From a virus (Duplodnaviria; Caudoviricetes), in IMG/VR virus record IMGVR_UViG_3300005805_009082, positions 1 to 32,133 of that record: a stretch of 32,133 bases of DNA; one strand, 5' to 3'. The notes beneath the pieces were generated by a model that was not told the DNA's origin, searched no databases, and saw only the letters and a list, made by a program, of their open reading frames with translations. Within the stretch, counting starts at the first letter, position 1, and the number at the start of each line of letters is the position of its first letter. The position numbers and the translations under genes are program-made. Below, piece by piece: positions 18,823-25,922 of the stretch.

Positions 18823-19191
18823 TTATGCATCGAGGTTTCTCCCAATTTTTCTTGACATAAATTTGGCAAGATCTTTTTTGGCGCTTTCAATCTTCATTGT
18901 CATACCTGCTTCAAGAAGTTTAGAGAAGCTGGCTTTCGCAAACAGCACACCAAGAATTGTTAAGATGATTGTTTTATTATCCGCTTCATTCAATGCCATA
19001 ATGAGAGAAATCAGCATGGCTAAAAGCAGGCTTCGCACATTGGCGTGTGCCGCACCTTTGACTCGAACACAATTCCTGGATAGTTCGATGAATTTTACGT
19101 GTTCTATCAAGATTTCGACTTTGACATCGTCGTTGATAGATGTCCAATCTATGTCGAAGACGCTTGATTCAGGCAACTTTTCAGACGTCAT
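18823..19191 (-). CDS. Hypothetical membrane protein with two hydrophobic segments
   Basis: The likely start is the ATG at 19191, overlapping the end of groEL. Hydrophobic segments LLLAMLISLIMAL and IILTILGVLFA. Confidence 0.6.
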   Translation of the reverse strand: MTSEKLPESSVFDIDWTSINDDVKVEILIEHVKFIELSRNCVRVKGAAHANVRSLLLAMLISLIMALNEADNKTIILTILGVLFAKASFSKLLEAGMTMKIESAKKDLAKFMSRKIGRNLDA

Positions 19192-20812
19192 TGGTATCCT
19201 CCACGACGACAGCATCTAATGTAAGGAATGTCGTCGCGACGGATGCTGCGTTTTTGAGCGCGGTTCTTGTGACCTTAACAGGATCTATGACGCCTGACGA
19301 TATCAGGTCTTCATAGACGTTTTTAGCAGCGTTGTAACCAATGCTCGTGTTGTCTTGTTTTATTCTGTTTAATTCATTAAAGACAACTTCACCATTACCA
19401 CCAGCGTTTTGTACGATCCTACGAAGTGGCGCTAAGCATGCATCTCTGATAATGCTGAGGCCTGCTTTTACACCTTGAGAAATATCATCTTCTGAAGCAT
19501 CAAGCAGTTGTTTTTGCGCACTGTAAAGAGCCATACCACCACCGGAAACGATACCTTCATCGGCGGCCGCTCTAGTAGCGTTAAGTGCGTCTTCAATTCG
19601 ATATTTTCTCTCAATCATTTCCAGTTCAGTTGCGCCACCAACTCTAATAACGGCAACGCCTGAAGAAAGCTTTGCAATACGAACCTTTAACTTTGTGAGT
19701 TCTTCGACCGTGAGCGCAAGATCCTGTATTTGTGTGCGTAACTCTTCGACGTGCTTTTCTACAGCATCTTTGGTCGCACCTGTCGCGACAAGTGTGGATG
19801 ACTTCGCATCAACAACAACTTTCTTTAATGAACCCAAGTCTTGCAATGTAACAGACTCAAGCTTCACACCAGTTGTTGAGGATATGAGCTTTGCACCGGT
19901 GAGAGTTGAAATATCATTCAACAATTCTTCCCTATGCCTTCCGAATCCCGGTGCTTTAATCGCGACAACTGCAAGATTCGCATTAAGCTTATTCAACACA
20001 AGACCTTGAAGCGCTTCGCCTTCGACCTCATCAGCAATAATGAGTAGAGGAGTACGATTTTGCATCGACTTTTCGAGGATCGGAATAAGCTCTTTTAACG
20101 TGCTGATTTTTTTATCCGTTAAAAGAACTTTCGCATCGTGGAAGACGACGTTCATCTTTTCAGAGTTCGTCACAAAGTATGGCGAAAGATAGCCTCGATC
20201 AAATTGCATGCCTTCGACGACTTCCAGTGATGTCGACATGCCTTTTGCGTCTTCAACAGTAATGATACCATCACGCCCAACTTGCTCCATCGCTTTTGCA
20301 ATGAGATCACCAATGTTACGATCACCGTTGGCGCTAATTGTACCGACTTGGGCGATTTCTTCTGATGTCGTCAGCTGTTTCGCTGATGATTTTAGCTGCT
20401 CAAGGACAAACTGTGTGCCAAGCTCAATGCCAGCACAGAGATCCTGCGCGCTGTAACCAGCTTCTAAAAGCTTTAAACCTGACTTGACCATCGTGTGTGT
20501 CAAAACGGTCGCGGTTGTGGTTCCGTCGCCGGCAATGTCATTTGTTCTACTCGCAGCTTCTCTGATTAACTCAGCTCCCATCCTATGAAGCGGATTTTTC
20601 AAGTTAATCGACTTGCTGACGGTAACACCATCTTTCGTGATAATCGGCGTACCACCATCTTTTTGGATCAAAACGGTCTTACCTTTTGGGCCAAGGGTAC
20701 ACATGACTGCTTCAGCTGTTGTGCTGAGACCCATGAAAAGCTCTTTTCTCGCTTCTTGAGAAAAAACAACGCGGGTTAATTGGCTGGATTTATCTTGAGG
20801 TCCATTGAGCAT
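19181..20812 (-). CDS. groEL: GroEL-like (Cpn60) chaperonin
   Basis: Motifs TLGPKG, ITKDGVTV, AGDGTTTATVL, EGMQFDRGYLSPYF, KAPGFG, IEDALNATRAA and GVIDPVKVTRTALKNAASVA. No GGM tail. Confidence 0.97.
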   Translation of the reverse strand: MLNGPQDKSSQLTRVVFSQEARKELFMGLSTTAEAVMCTLGPKGKTVLIQKDGGTPIITKDGVTVSKSINLKNPLHRMGAELIREAASRTNDIAGDGTTTATVLTHTMVKSGLKLLEAGYSAQDLCAGIELGTQFVLEQLKSSAKQLTTSEEIAQVGTISANGDRNIGDLIAKAMEQVGRDGIITVEDAKGMSTSLEVVEGMQFDRGYLSPYFVTNSEKMNVVFHDAKVLLTDKKISTLKELIPILEKSMQNRTPLLIIADEVEGEALQGLVLNKLNANLAVVAIKAPGFGRHREELLNDISTLTGAKLISSTTGVKLESVTLQDLGSLKKVVVDAKSSTLVATGATKDAVEKHVEELRTQIQDLALTVEELTKLKVRIAKLSSGVAVIRVGGATELEMIERKYRIEDALNATRAAADEGIVSGGGMALYSAQKQLLDASEDDISQGVKAGLSIIRDACLAPLRRIVQNAGGNGEVVFNELNRIKQDNTSIGYNAAKNVYEDLISSGVIDPVKVTRTALKNAASVATTFLTLDAVVVEDTNDV

Positions 20813-20821
20813 ATGCTTAGG

Positions 20822-20850
20822 ATTATAGTCATCTATAGGTTTATTGTTTA
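20822..20850 (-). promoter_or_regulatory. Sigma70-like promoter of groEL
   Basis: TAAACA-N17-TATAAT, ending 9 nt before the ATG. Confidence 0.6.
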
Positions 20851-21129
20851 ACCTTTATTGACTTTAATCCAAATAGGCTGACCACGCTTCCAGGCAATGG
20901 CAACATGACCTGCGATGTAATCATGTAGCAATGCTATGAGAACAAGCTTTTGTTGTGCATCTTTAACGCGGTCGATATAACGAGTTAATCTACACTCCGA
21001 ATAATCATAAACTTTCCTAAGGATACCATGAAAAGCTGTTTGTTGAGACTTATGCAACTGGAACTCAGTACACTCCCCAGGTTTTACTGGAATGTCTTTA
21101 GATGCTCTGGTCCCCATTGCTCGTTTCAT
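20848..21129 (-). CDS. Hypothetical protein
   Basis: 93-aa basic ORF filling the gap between uvsE and groEL. Confidence 0.6.
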   Translation of the reverse strand: MKRAMGTRASKDIPVKPGECTEFQLHKSQQTAFHGILRKVYDYSECRLTRYIDRVKDAQQKLVLIALLHDYIAGHVAIAWKRGQPIWIKVNKG

Positions 21130-21152
21130 AATTAAGTCCCAATTCTAACATT

Positions 21153-22088
21153 TTATCTTAAAATTGAAAATTGCCGTCTCATATTAAATACGGAGACATT
21201 TTTCATTTTTGCTTCAATTTCAACATCGACCTCATCATTACGTAACGCGGCCAACTGAACATCCGGTATGTAATGAATCATATTGCTGTGCTTGCGACGG
21301 TCCTGGAAGTTACCGTTCATCAATTCAGGCTCTGTATTGCTGAGATGCTGAAGAGGTTTGATACCTTTCTGCCAGGTTTCACTGGTTACAGCAAAGGCAT
21401 CTTCCATTGATAAGTCATCCGTGTTGAATGTATGATGATGGGAATCGAAAACGATAGGGACGTTAGTTTCCTTGTAGACATGGAGCAAGTCCATCACGCT
21501 GTAAGCCGTTTCATCATTTTCAAGAGTAAGACGCTTCCGGACGTTATCGGGAAGAGACTTGATTTGGTCAATCAATCTTGAGTTTCTATCGGATTTACCA
21601 CCGTGGATATTGATTGCATAATACGGCGAGTGTTCTAGACCCATCATGTCAAACATCCACCCGTGAATATTAAGCTCGACGAAAGCTTTTTCAACAACGG
21701 AATCAGAATCAGATGAGAGCACGCAGAACTGTCCTGGATGGGTTGTTACCCGCATGTTGCGAGACTTAACGTAATCTCCGGCCGCGTTCAAGTGTGCGAC
21801 AACTTCATCATTCTTCCACAACATGCTGTCTACTTGGTCTGCCAACGGAAACATCGCAGAAGAAATTCTGAATAGTGAGATTCCTGCCGAGTGAATCTTT
21901 GGAATCATCTCACTGAGCCGTTGAGCGTTGTGGACATAGAGCGATTTGATTAGCTCATTTGGGTATTTTCCACTACGATAACGTCCGAGTTGCAATGTTC
22001 TCTCATCGAAAACATTGATTAGTTCCTTCTTACCTGAACGTGGCTTCGTGATTTCCTCGAGCCACTGACAACAAACACCTGTAGCCAT
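21153..22088 (-). CDS. uvsE: UV damage endonuclease (UvdE/UvsE family)
   Basis: Motifs LFRISS, RVTTHPGQFCVLSS, INIHGG, RLTLENDE, PIVFDSHHH, RKHS and IEAKMKN. Confidence 0.95.
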   Translation of the reverse strand: MATGVCCQWLEEITKPRSGKKELINVFDERTLQLGRYRSGKYPNELIKSLYVHNAQRLSEMIPKIHSAGISLFRISSAMFPLADQVDSMLWKNDEVVAHLNAAGDYVKSRNMRVTTHPGQFCVLSSDSDSVVEKAFVELNIHGWMFDMMGLEHSPYYAINIHGGKSDRNSRLIDQIKSLPDNVRKRLTLENDETAYSVMDLLHVYKETNVPIVFDSHHHTFNTDDLSMEDAFAVTSETWQKGIKPLQHLSNTEPELMNGNFQDRRKHSNMIHYIPDVQLAALRNDEVDVEIEAKMKNVSVFNMRRQFSILR

Positions 22089-22094
22089 GTCGTA

Positions 22095-22125
22095 ATCCTA
22101 ACACCTTACGGTAGTAACTTTACAC
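22095..22125 (-). promoter_or_regulatory. GTGTAAA-type promoter of uvsE
   Basis: TGTAAA-N18-TAGGAT, then 6 nt to the ATG. The -35 element overlaps the upstream GTG TAA stop. Confidence 0.55.
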
Positions 22126-22941
22126 TTGACACGTTTCACACCACCAAGATGTGCGACCATCTAACGTGTCTTCGCGTTTCACCGGATGACCTTCCGGACA
22201 CTGTTTCATGTTATAGACGCGGAAGTAGAACTGAGCATTACCCTTGTCTCCATCCACCGTGCGATATGTTCGAATTGAGGCACCGTGGTCGACGTAGGAT
22301 TCCCACGCGGCAGATAACAATTCGTACTGGAGTTTCAAGATGTTCTCCGACGATAAATCCGTCACAATCCGATGTGGGGATATTCCTGACCGGAACAACG
22401 CCTCGGCCTTGAGATAGTTACCACATCCAGAGATGCAAGATTGGTCCATAAGGGCCTCACATATTGTCCGGGTTGGTTTTAATAGGATTCTTTCCGCGAA
22501 TATTCCAGGGTCAACCGGAGGTTCATCGAGGATGTCCGGACCGAGGGATGCAAGTTTCTTGGCATGGGTCTTTGGGTCGGAGACGAACTTGACCGTCCCG
22601 AACCTCCGTGTATCGTTGAAGAAGAGTTCCCCGCCCTCTTCAAATTCGACGATGAAACCTGCATGTTTGCCTCGGGTGCGAGACCACTGTCCTGACATTC
22701 CGTAGGTGGACCACATGTACCAGGTTACGTCTCCCCCGGTGAGGGTCCACCACATGAACTTCCCCTTGACATCGACCGACTCGACTCTCAGGGGTAAATC
22801 AGCGATTATCTTCTCGAGACCGTCGGGGACCTTCGTCGCATACCTCCCGTCCTGGGTGGGAGACAACCGGACGATTGATTTACCGACGATGATGTTTCGT
22901 AGGACGTCACGAGAATGACGAAGTTCTGGACCTTCTGGCAC
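22120..22941 (-). CDS. Fpg/Nei family DNA glycosylase/AP lyase
   Basis: N-terminal PEGPE, KGKFMW, YGMSG, FNDTRRFG, the H2TH motif LMDQSCISGCGNYLKAEALF and a C-terminal CPEGH...CETC finger. Confidence 0.95.
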   Translation of the reverse strand: MPEGPELRHSRDVLRNIIVGKSIVRLSPTQDGRYATKVPDGLEKIIADLPLRVESVDVKGKFMWWTLTGGDVTWYMWSTYGMSGQWSRTRGKHAGFIVEFEEGGELFFNDTRRFGTVKFVSDPKTHAKKLASLGPDILDEPPVDPGIFAERILLKPTRTICEALMDQSCISGCGNYLKAEALFRSGISPHRIVTDLSSENILKLQYELLSAAWESYVDHGASIRTYRTVDGDKGNAQFYFRVYNMKQCPEGHPVKREDTLDGRTSWWCETCQV

Positions 22942-22947
22942 TGAACC

Positions 22948-22977
22948 AATGTAACACCGGTGACCGATGTTTTACAC
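22948..22977 (-). promoter_or_regulatory. GTGTAAA-type promoter of the Fpg/Nei gene
   Basis: TGTAAA-N17-TACATT, then 6 nt to the GTG start, consistent with a leaderless mRNA. Confidence 0.6.
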
Positions 22978-23118
22978 TTACTCGTCTTTCTTCTTTCGTC
23001 CCTTTATCGCAAAGTAGACGTAGACCCCGATCGCGATGAGGGGTGTCCATGGTAACAGGAGGATTATGATTCCAATCGTCTTCAGTATTTGAAAGACGTC
23101 GGGCGAAGCGAGTGCCAC
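22978..23118 (-). CDS. 46-aa membrane microprotein (not in the ORF track)
   Basis: GTG start; reads MALASPDVFQILKTIGIIILLLPWTPLIAIGVYVYFAIKGRKKKDE*, filling the intergenic gap. Confidence 0.6.
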   Translation of the reverse strand: MALASPDVFQILKTIGIIILLLPWTPLIAIGVYVYFAIKGRKKKDE

Positions 23119-23121
23119 ATG

Positions 23122-23343
23122 TTAATTAGCGGTTCGCAAATAATCAACAGCGATTTTTTTCATTGTTCCGTCTTCGACGAGGACGGTGACCCAGTGGACG
23201 ACACTTCCCTCCACGTCGGTGTACTGGTTCAATCCTGAGACGACGACAGCGAGACCCTCTGCGCCTGGGTCGCTGAACGGAAAAGACATCTGGAAAATCC
23301 CACCACACTTGTCGTAGTAAACTAGGTCGCCCTGAGAAATCAT
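23122..23343 (-). CDS. Small SH3/KOW-like 'GDLV' family protein
   Basis: MISQGDLVYY...GLAVVVS...VTVLVEDG; ATGA overlap with the tilS stop. Confidence 0.65.
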   Translation of the reverse strand: MISQGDLVYYDKCGGIFQMSFPFSDPGAEGLAVVVSGLNQYTDVEGSVVHWVTVLVEDGTMKKIAVDYLRTAN

Positions 23344-23942
23344 CTGATACCTAATGCAAGGTACTTCTTCTTGATGACTTTGTGCAACCCAGGATTTACC
23401 ATCATCGCTTCTGGGACGATGTTGTGTCGAATACGGTTCCTCATGAAACGAGTGTCGTAGTTCGTCTGGTCATCCACCCACGGTAGGTCCTTCCGTTCGC
23501 ACCACGAAACAAACTCGGACTTCGGCGTGATGAGAAACGGATGGAGTACGTTGCCGGTCTTGTACGGCATCAATCGTGGTTCACCGTGAAGTGAGTTGAA
23601 AATCCACGTTTCAATCGCGTCGTCGAGGTGATGCGCGGTGACGACAGAGAGTTTGAAAGACGCGAAGAACCTTTGACGTTCGTTACGCCAGTATTCCTCC
23701 CAGGATTCATCGGGGGATTTCTCTCGTTCGAGTTTTCCGATGTGGAGTTTGAGTCGACGTTGTTTCGCGAACTCCTTCGCAAATCCTAAAGCGATTTCTG
23801 AAGTAATCGTCCCATGGTCGAAGAATGCGAGTTCTACGTGTTTTCTTCCCCGGATGAGGAAGTCGGCGACGGCAACAGAATCGACTCCCCCCGAAAAAGC
23901 GACGACTACCTTGTTCGGAATCTTACCGAGAATTCGAATCAT
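23340..23942 (-). CDS. tilS: tRNA(Ile)-lysidine synthetase, minimal form (catalytic domain only, 200 aa)
   Basis: PP-loop AFSGGVDS, FDHG, EEYWRNER, TAHHLDDAIET, HPFL and DDQTNYDTRFMRNRIRH. Confidence 0.9.
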   Translation of the reverse strand: MIRILGKIPNKVVVAFSGGVDSVAVADFLIRGRKHVELAFFDHGTITSEIALGFAKEFAKQRRLKLHIGKLEREKSPDESWEEYWRNERQRFFASFKLSVVTAHHLDDAIETWIFNSLHGEPRLMPYKTGNVLHPFLITPKSEFVSWCERKDLPWVDDQTNYDTRFMRNRIRHNIVPEAMMVNPGLHKVIKKKYLALGIR

Positions 23943-23949
23943 TGGATTT

Positions 23950-23979
23950 ATTGTATCTCAAGATTACTGAAGATTACAC
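23950..23979 (-). promoter_or_regulatory. GTGTAAT-type promoter of tilS
   Basis: TGTAAT-N17-TACAAT, then 7 nt to the ATG. Confidence 0.6.
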
Positions 23980-24031
23980 GAATAGCTCAATTAGTTCGAT
24001 ATGGCTGTCTCTGTGGAATATATTTATCACC

Positions 24032-24835
24032 ATGAAACAACAGGCTTACGTTTGTCAATACTGCGGAAAAGAAGCGAAAAAACGAAACCGAATGTCACTG
24101 AGTATTCATGAAATACGCTGTGATTTGAATTCAGAAAAAAACGCGAACATGAAAATTCCTTCAAGAAAAGGAAAATATAAAGGTGACAATCCTTCCGAGA
24201 TAACAGTGAAAAAGAGAATCAGCGCAGAAAGAAGAAATGAATGTTTGTCAACTCAAAAATTTGAGTGCGTTCATTGTAGAAAAGATTGTAAACGTGCGGA
24301 TTTTAGAAAATCATTTTCCAGTCTTACGATTCATGAATCACAGTGCAAATCAAATCCAAATGCAGTAAAAATTCAAAGAAAACCGCACACAGAAGAAACG
24401 AGAAAAAAAATAAGTGAGGCTGGAAAAAAAAGAAATTTGTCTTTTGAGCAAAGAAAGAAAATCAGCGAGTACATGAAAAAAGCCGTGGCGTGCCATCCTG
24501 AATCTTACACTAGCTCAAACCGCGGACGAGTTAAGCAAATAGAAATAGACGGTCTTAAGCTTCATGGCAGCTGGGAAGTTTTATTTTATACATGGGCAAA
24601 AAACACCGGACTAATGCCAGAAAAGTGCATGAAGAGTTTTTCATATGAGTGGAACGGAACTCGTTCTTATTACCCTGATTTCTACATTCCGTCATTGTCT
24701 CTTTATGTGGAGATAAAGGGATACGAAACAGAACAAGACAGAGCCAAATGGAATCATTTTCCTGAAAAGCTAATTGTTCTGAAGAAAAAAGAAATCGAGC
24801 AAATAAAAAAAGGAACCTTTAGAGGATTAATCTAA
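24032..24835 (+). CDS. Free-standing putative homing endonuclease (Zn-finger, NUMOD3 and PD-(D/E)XK domains)
   Basis: Two CxxC...IHE..C motifs, NUMOD3-like KPHTEETRKKISEA and YYPDFYIPSLSLYVEIKG. It is AT-rich and on the opposite strand to its neighbours. The likely start is the ATG at 24032, after TATTTA. Confidence 0.75.
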   Translation: MKQQAYVCQYCGKEAKKRNRMSLSIHEIRCDLNSEKNANMKIPSRKGKYKGDNPSEITVKKRISAERRNECLSTQKFECVHCRKDCKRADFRKSFSSLTIHESQCKSNPNAVKIQRKPHTEETRKKISEAGKKRNLSFEQRKKISEYMKKAVACHPESYTSSNRGRVKQIEIDGLKLHGSWEVLFYTWAKNTGLMPEKCMKSFSYEWNGTRSYYPDFYIPSLSLYVEIKGYETEQDRAKWNHFPEKLIVLKKKEIEQIKKGTFRGLI

Positions 24836-24846
24836 AGGTTCCTTTT
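24808..24846. terminator. Bidirectional hairpin terminator between the endonuclease and the tRNA
   Basis: AAAAGGAACCTTTAGA-ggattaa-TCTAAAGGTTCCTTTT, a perfect 16-bp inverted repeat abutting the tRNA CCA end. Confidence 0.8.
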
Positions 24847-24929
24847 GGTGGAACGGGTGGGACTTGAACCCACAAGCCGAAGCGCTCGTTTATGAGACGA
24901 GTGTGTATAACCGATTTCACCACCGTTCC
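24846..24929 (-). tRNA. tRNA with CAU anticodon and a class II (Leu-like) body, CCA encoded; probable Ile2-type TilS substrate
   Basis: GGAACGG-TG-GTG AAATCGGTTATA CAC-A-CTCGT CTCATAA ACGAG-CGCTTCGGCTT-GTGGG TTCAAGT CCCAC-CCGTTCC-A-CCA (84 nt). All stems pair; the anticodon is at 24892-24894. Confidence 0.95.
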
Positions 24930-24938
24930 ATAGTCTTT

Positions 24939-24968
24939 AATATACTTCATCCCACGTTGTTTTTACAC
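24939..24968 (-). promoter_or_regulatory. GTGTAAA-type promoter of the tRNA
   Basis: TGTAAA-N17-TATATT, 9 nt before tRNA G1. The -35 element overlaps the GTG TAA end of the upstream ORF. Confidence 0.6.
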
Positions 24969-25166
24969 CGGGACGACCTGCAAATCATCCGCTTCGATGC
25001 AGTAGACTTTTCCTGCGATGATGACGCGGCAACAGATGACACCGTTGTGGAGGTAATCGTCATCCATCACGACACCGGTCTTGTTGTGAGGGTCGAGAGA
25101 TGTGTTGTTTACGCGAACGATTCGTGCGAGAAGTTTCGTCCGGGAAGTCTTCTTCTTGTTTCCCAT
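24963..25166 (-). CDS. Small SH3-like hypothetical protein
   Basis: The likely start is the ATG at 25166 (MGNKKKTSR...KTGVVMD...CRVIIAGKVYCIEADDLQVV). The longer ORF-track version overlaps the next gene. Confidence 0.55.
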   Translation of the reverse strand: MGNKKKTSRTKLLARIVRVNNTSLDPHNKTGVVMDDDYLHNGVICCRVIIAGKVYCIEADDLQVVPV

Positions 25167-25170
25167 TGTG

Positions 25171-25425
25171 TTACTTGATGGACTCGAGTTGACAATTGTC
25201 CTGGAAGATGTATCCAACCGTGCACCGTGACGAGACGACCTTGACGTAATCTTTGGAGTGTAAGAACTTGCTGTGTTCCACGACCGGTGAAGGTGTGTTG
25301 TCGAGGACGAGGAGGAGCTCGCCTGGAGACTTGATTTCTTCCAGCGATTCTCTGAAATATTCATCCCAGATGTTAATATAACTGAACATCGTGGACAGGA
25401 GGTCCCCAGGGTTGGCTTTGACCAT
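25171..25425 (-). CDS. Small SH3/KOW-like 'GDLL' protein
   Basis: NPGDLL...GELLLVLD...YVKVVSSRCTVGYI. Confidence 0.65.
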   Translation of the reverse strand: MVKANPGDLLSTMFSYINIWDEYFRESLEEIKSPGELLLVLDNTPSPVVEHSKFLHSKDYVKVVSSRCTVGYIFQDNCQLESIK

Positions 25426-25435
25426 CTTGTATATT

Positions 25436-25465
25436 AGTATACCATTACCACTAGAGACTTTACAC
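25436..25465 (-). promoter_or_regulatory. GTGTAAA-type promoter
   Basis: TGTAAA-N17-TATACT with a TGn extended -10, 10 nt before the ATG at 25425. Confidence 0.6.
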
Positions 25466-25474
25466 AGAATATTC

Positions 25475-25873
25475 TCAGCCGACTCCAGGGTGACCGTTTG
25501 AACCCGTCAATGTTAAGAAGTTGTGGGTTGGGATATTGGTTAGACCACAGAAGATTTGGTAATCCACGCTGGTCCCGGCTGAGCATGAGACATAGAGCAC
25601 GGTGGTACGGATTTCTTCGCGGATTGTGTCGCTTTGGTCGAGAGTGATAAAATTTCCCACCGTCGATTTGAGACCATTTTCCGTGAATGCGATGGCTATC
25701 CTGTCTCCTGCGTTCGATCCGCGATTGACGATGTTGATGAATCTCGTCACGTATGGGAAGTTGTACGTGTGAACCTGACCGACAGAAATTATCGATGATG
25801 AAACATACGGCAACGCTGAGATCTGGTACGCAGGCGTCGCGTACTCACCGTTAGCTGCCCATTGCATCGACAT
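25475..25873 (-). CDS. Hypothetical beta-rich, probably virion protein
   Basis: PAYQISALPYVSSS...FPYVTRFINIVN; S/T/G-rich; TATTTA upstream. Confidence 0.7.
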   Translation of the reverse strand: MSMQWAANGEYATPAYQISALPYVSSSIISVGQVHTYNFPYVTRFINIVNRGSNAGDRIAIAFTENGLKSTVGNFITLDQSDTIREEIRTTVLYVSCSAGTSVDYQIFCGLTNIPTHNFLTLTGSNGHPGVG

Positions 25874-25922
25874 ATTCTTCTAAATTACTTAAATTACTTG
25901 ACAAGCGTCAATAAATATCATT

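Noticed and set aside
1009-22088. Genome-wide reassignment of AUA or AUG to Leu, suggested by the Leu-like CAU tRNA
   Set aside because: ATA alternates with ATC/ATT at Ile positions of the repeated modules (for example SNITI), and conserved Met positions in GroEL (RMGA, EGMQFD) use ATG. The phage's own genes read as the standard code.
23942-24031. ORF-track upstream start (TTG 23942) for the endonuclease, and likewise 30690 for the endolysin
   Set aside because: The extensions run through divergent promoter regions. The downstream ATGs (24032, 30819) have a TANTTA motif or SD and begin at the domain boundaries.
24864-25178. 104-aa plus-strand ORF
   Set aside because: It lies antisense to the tRNA and to the 24963-25166 gene.
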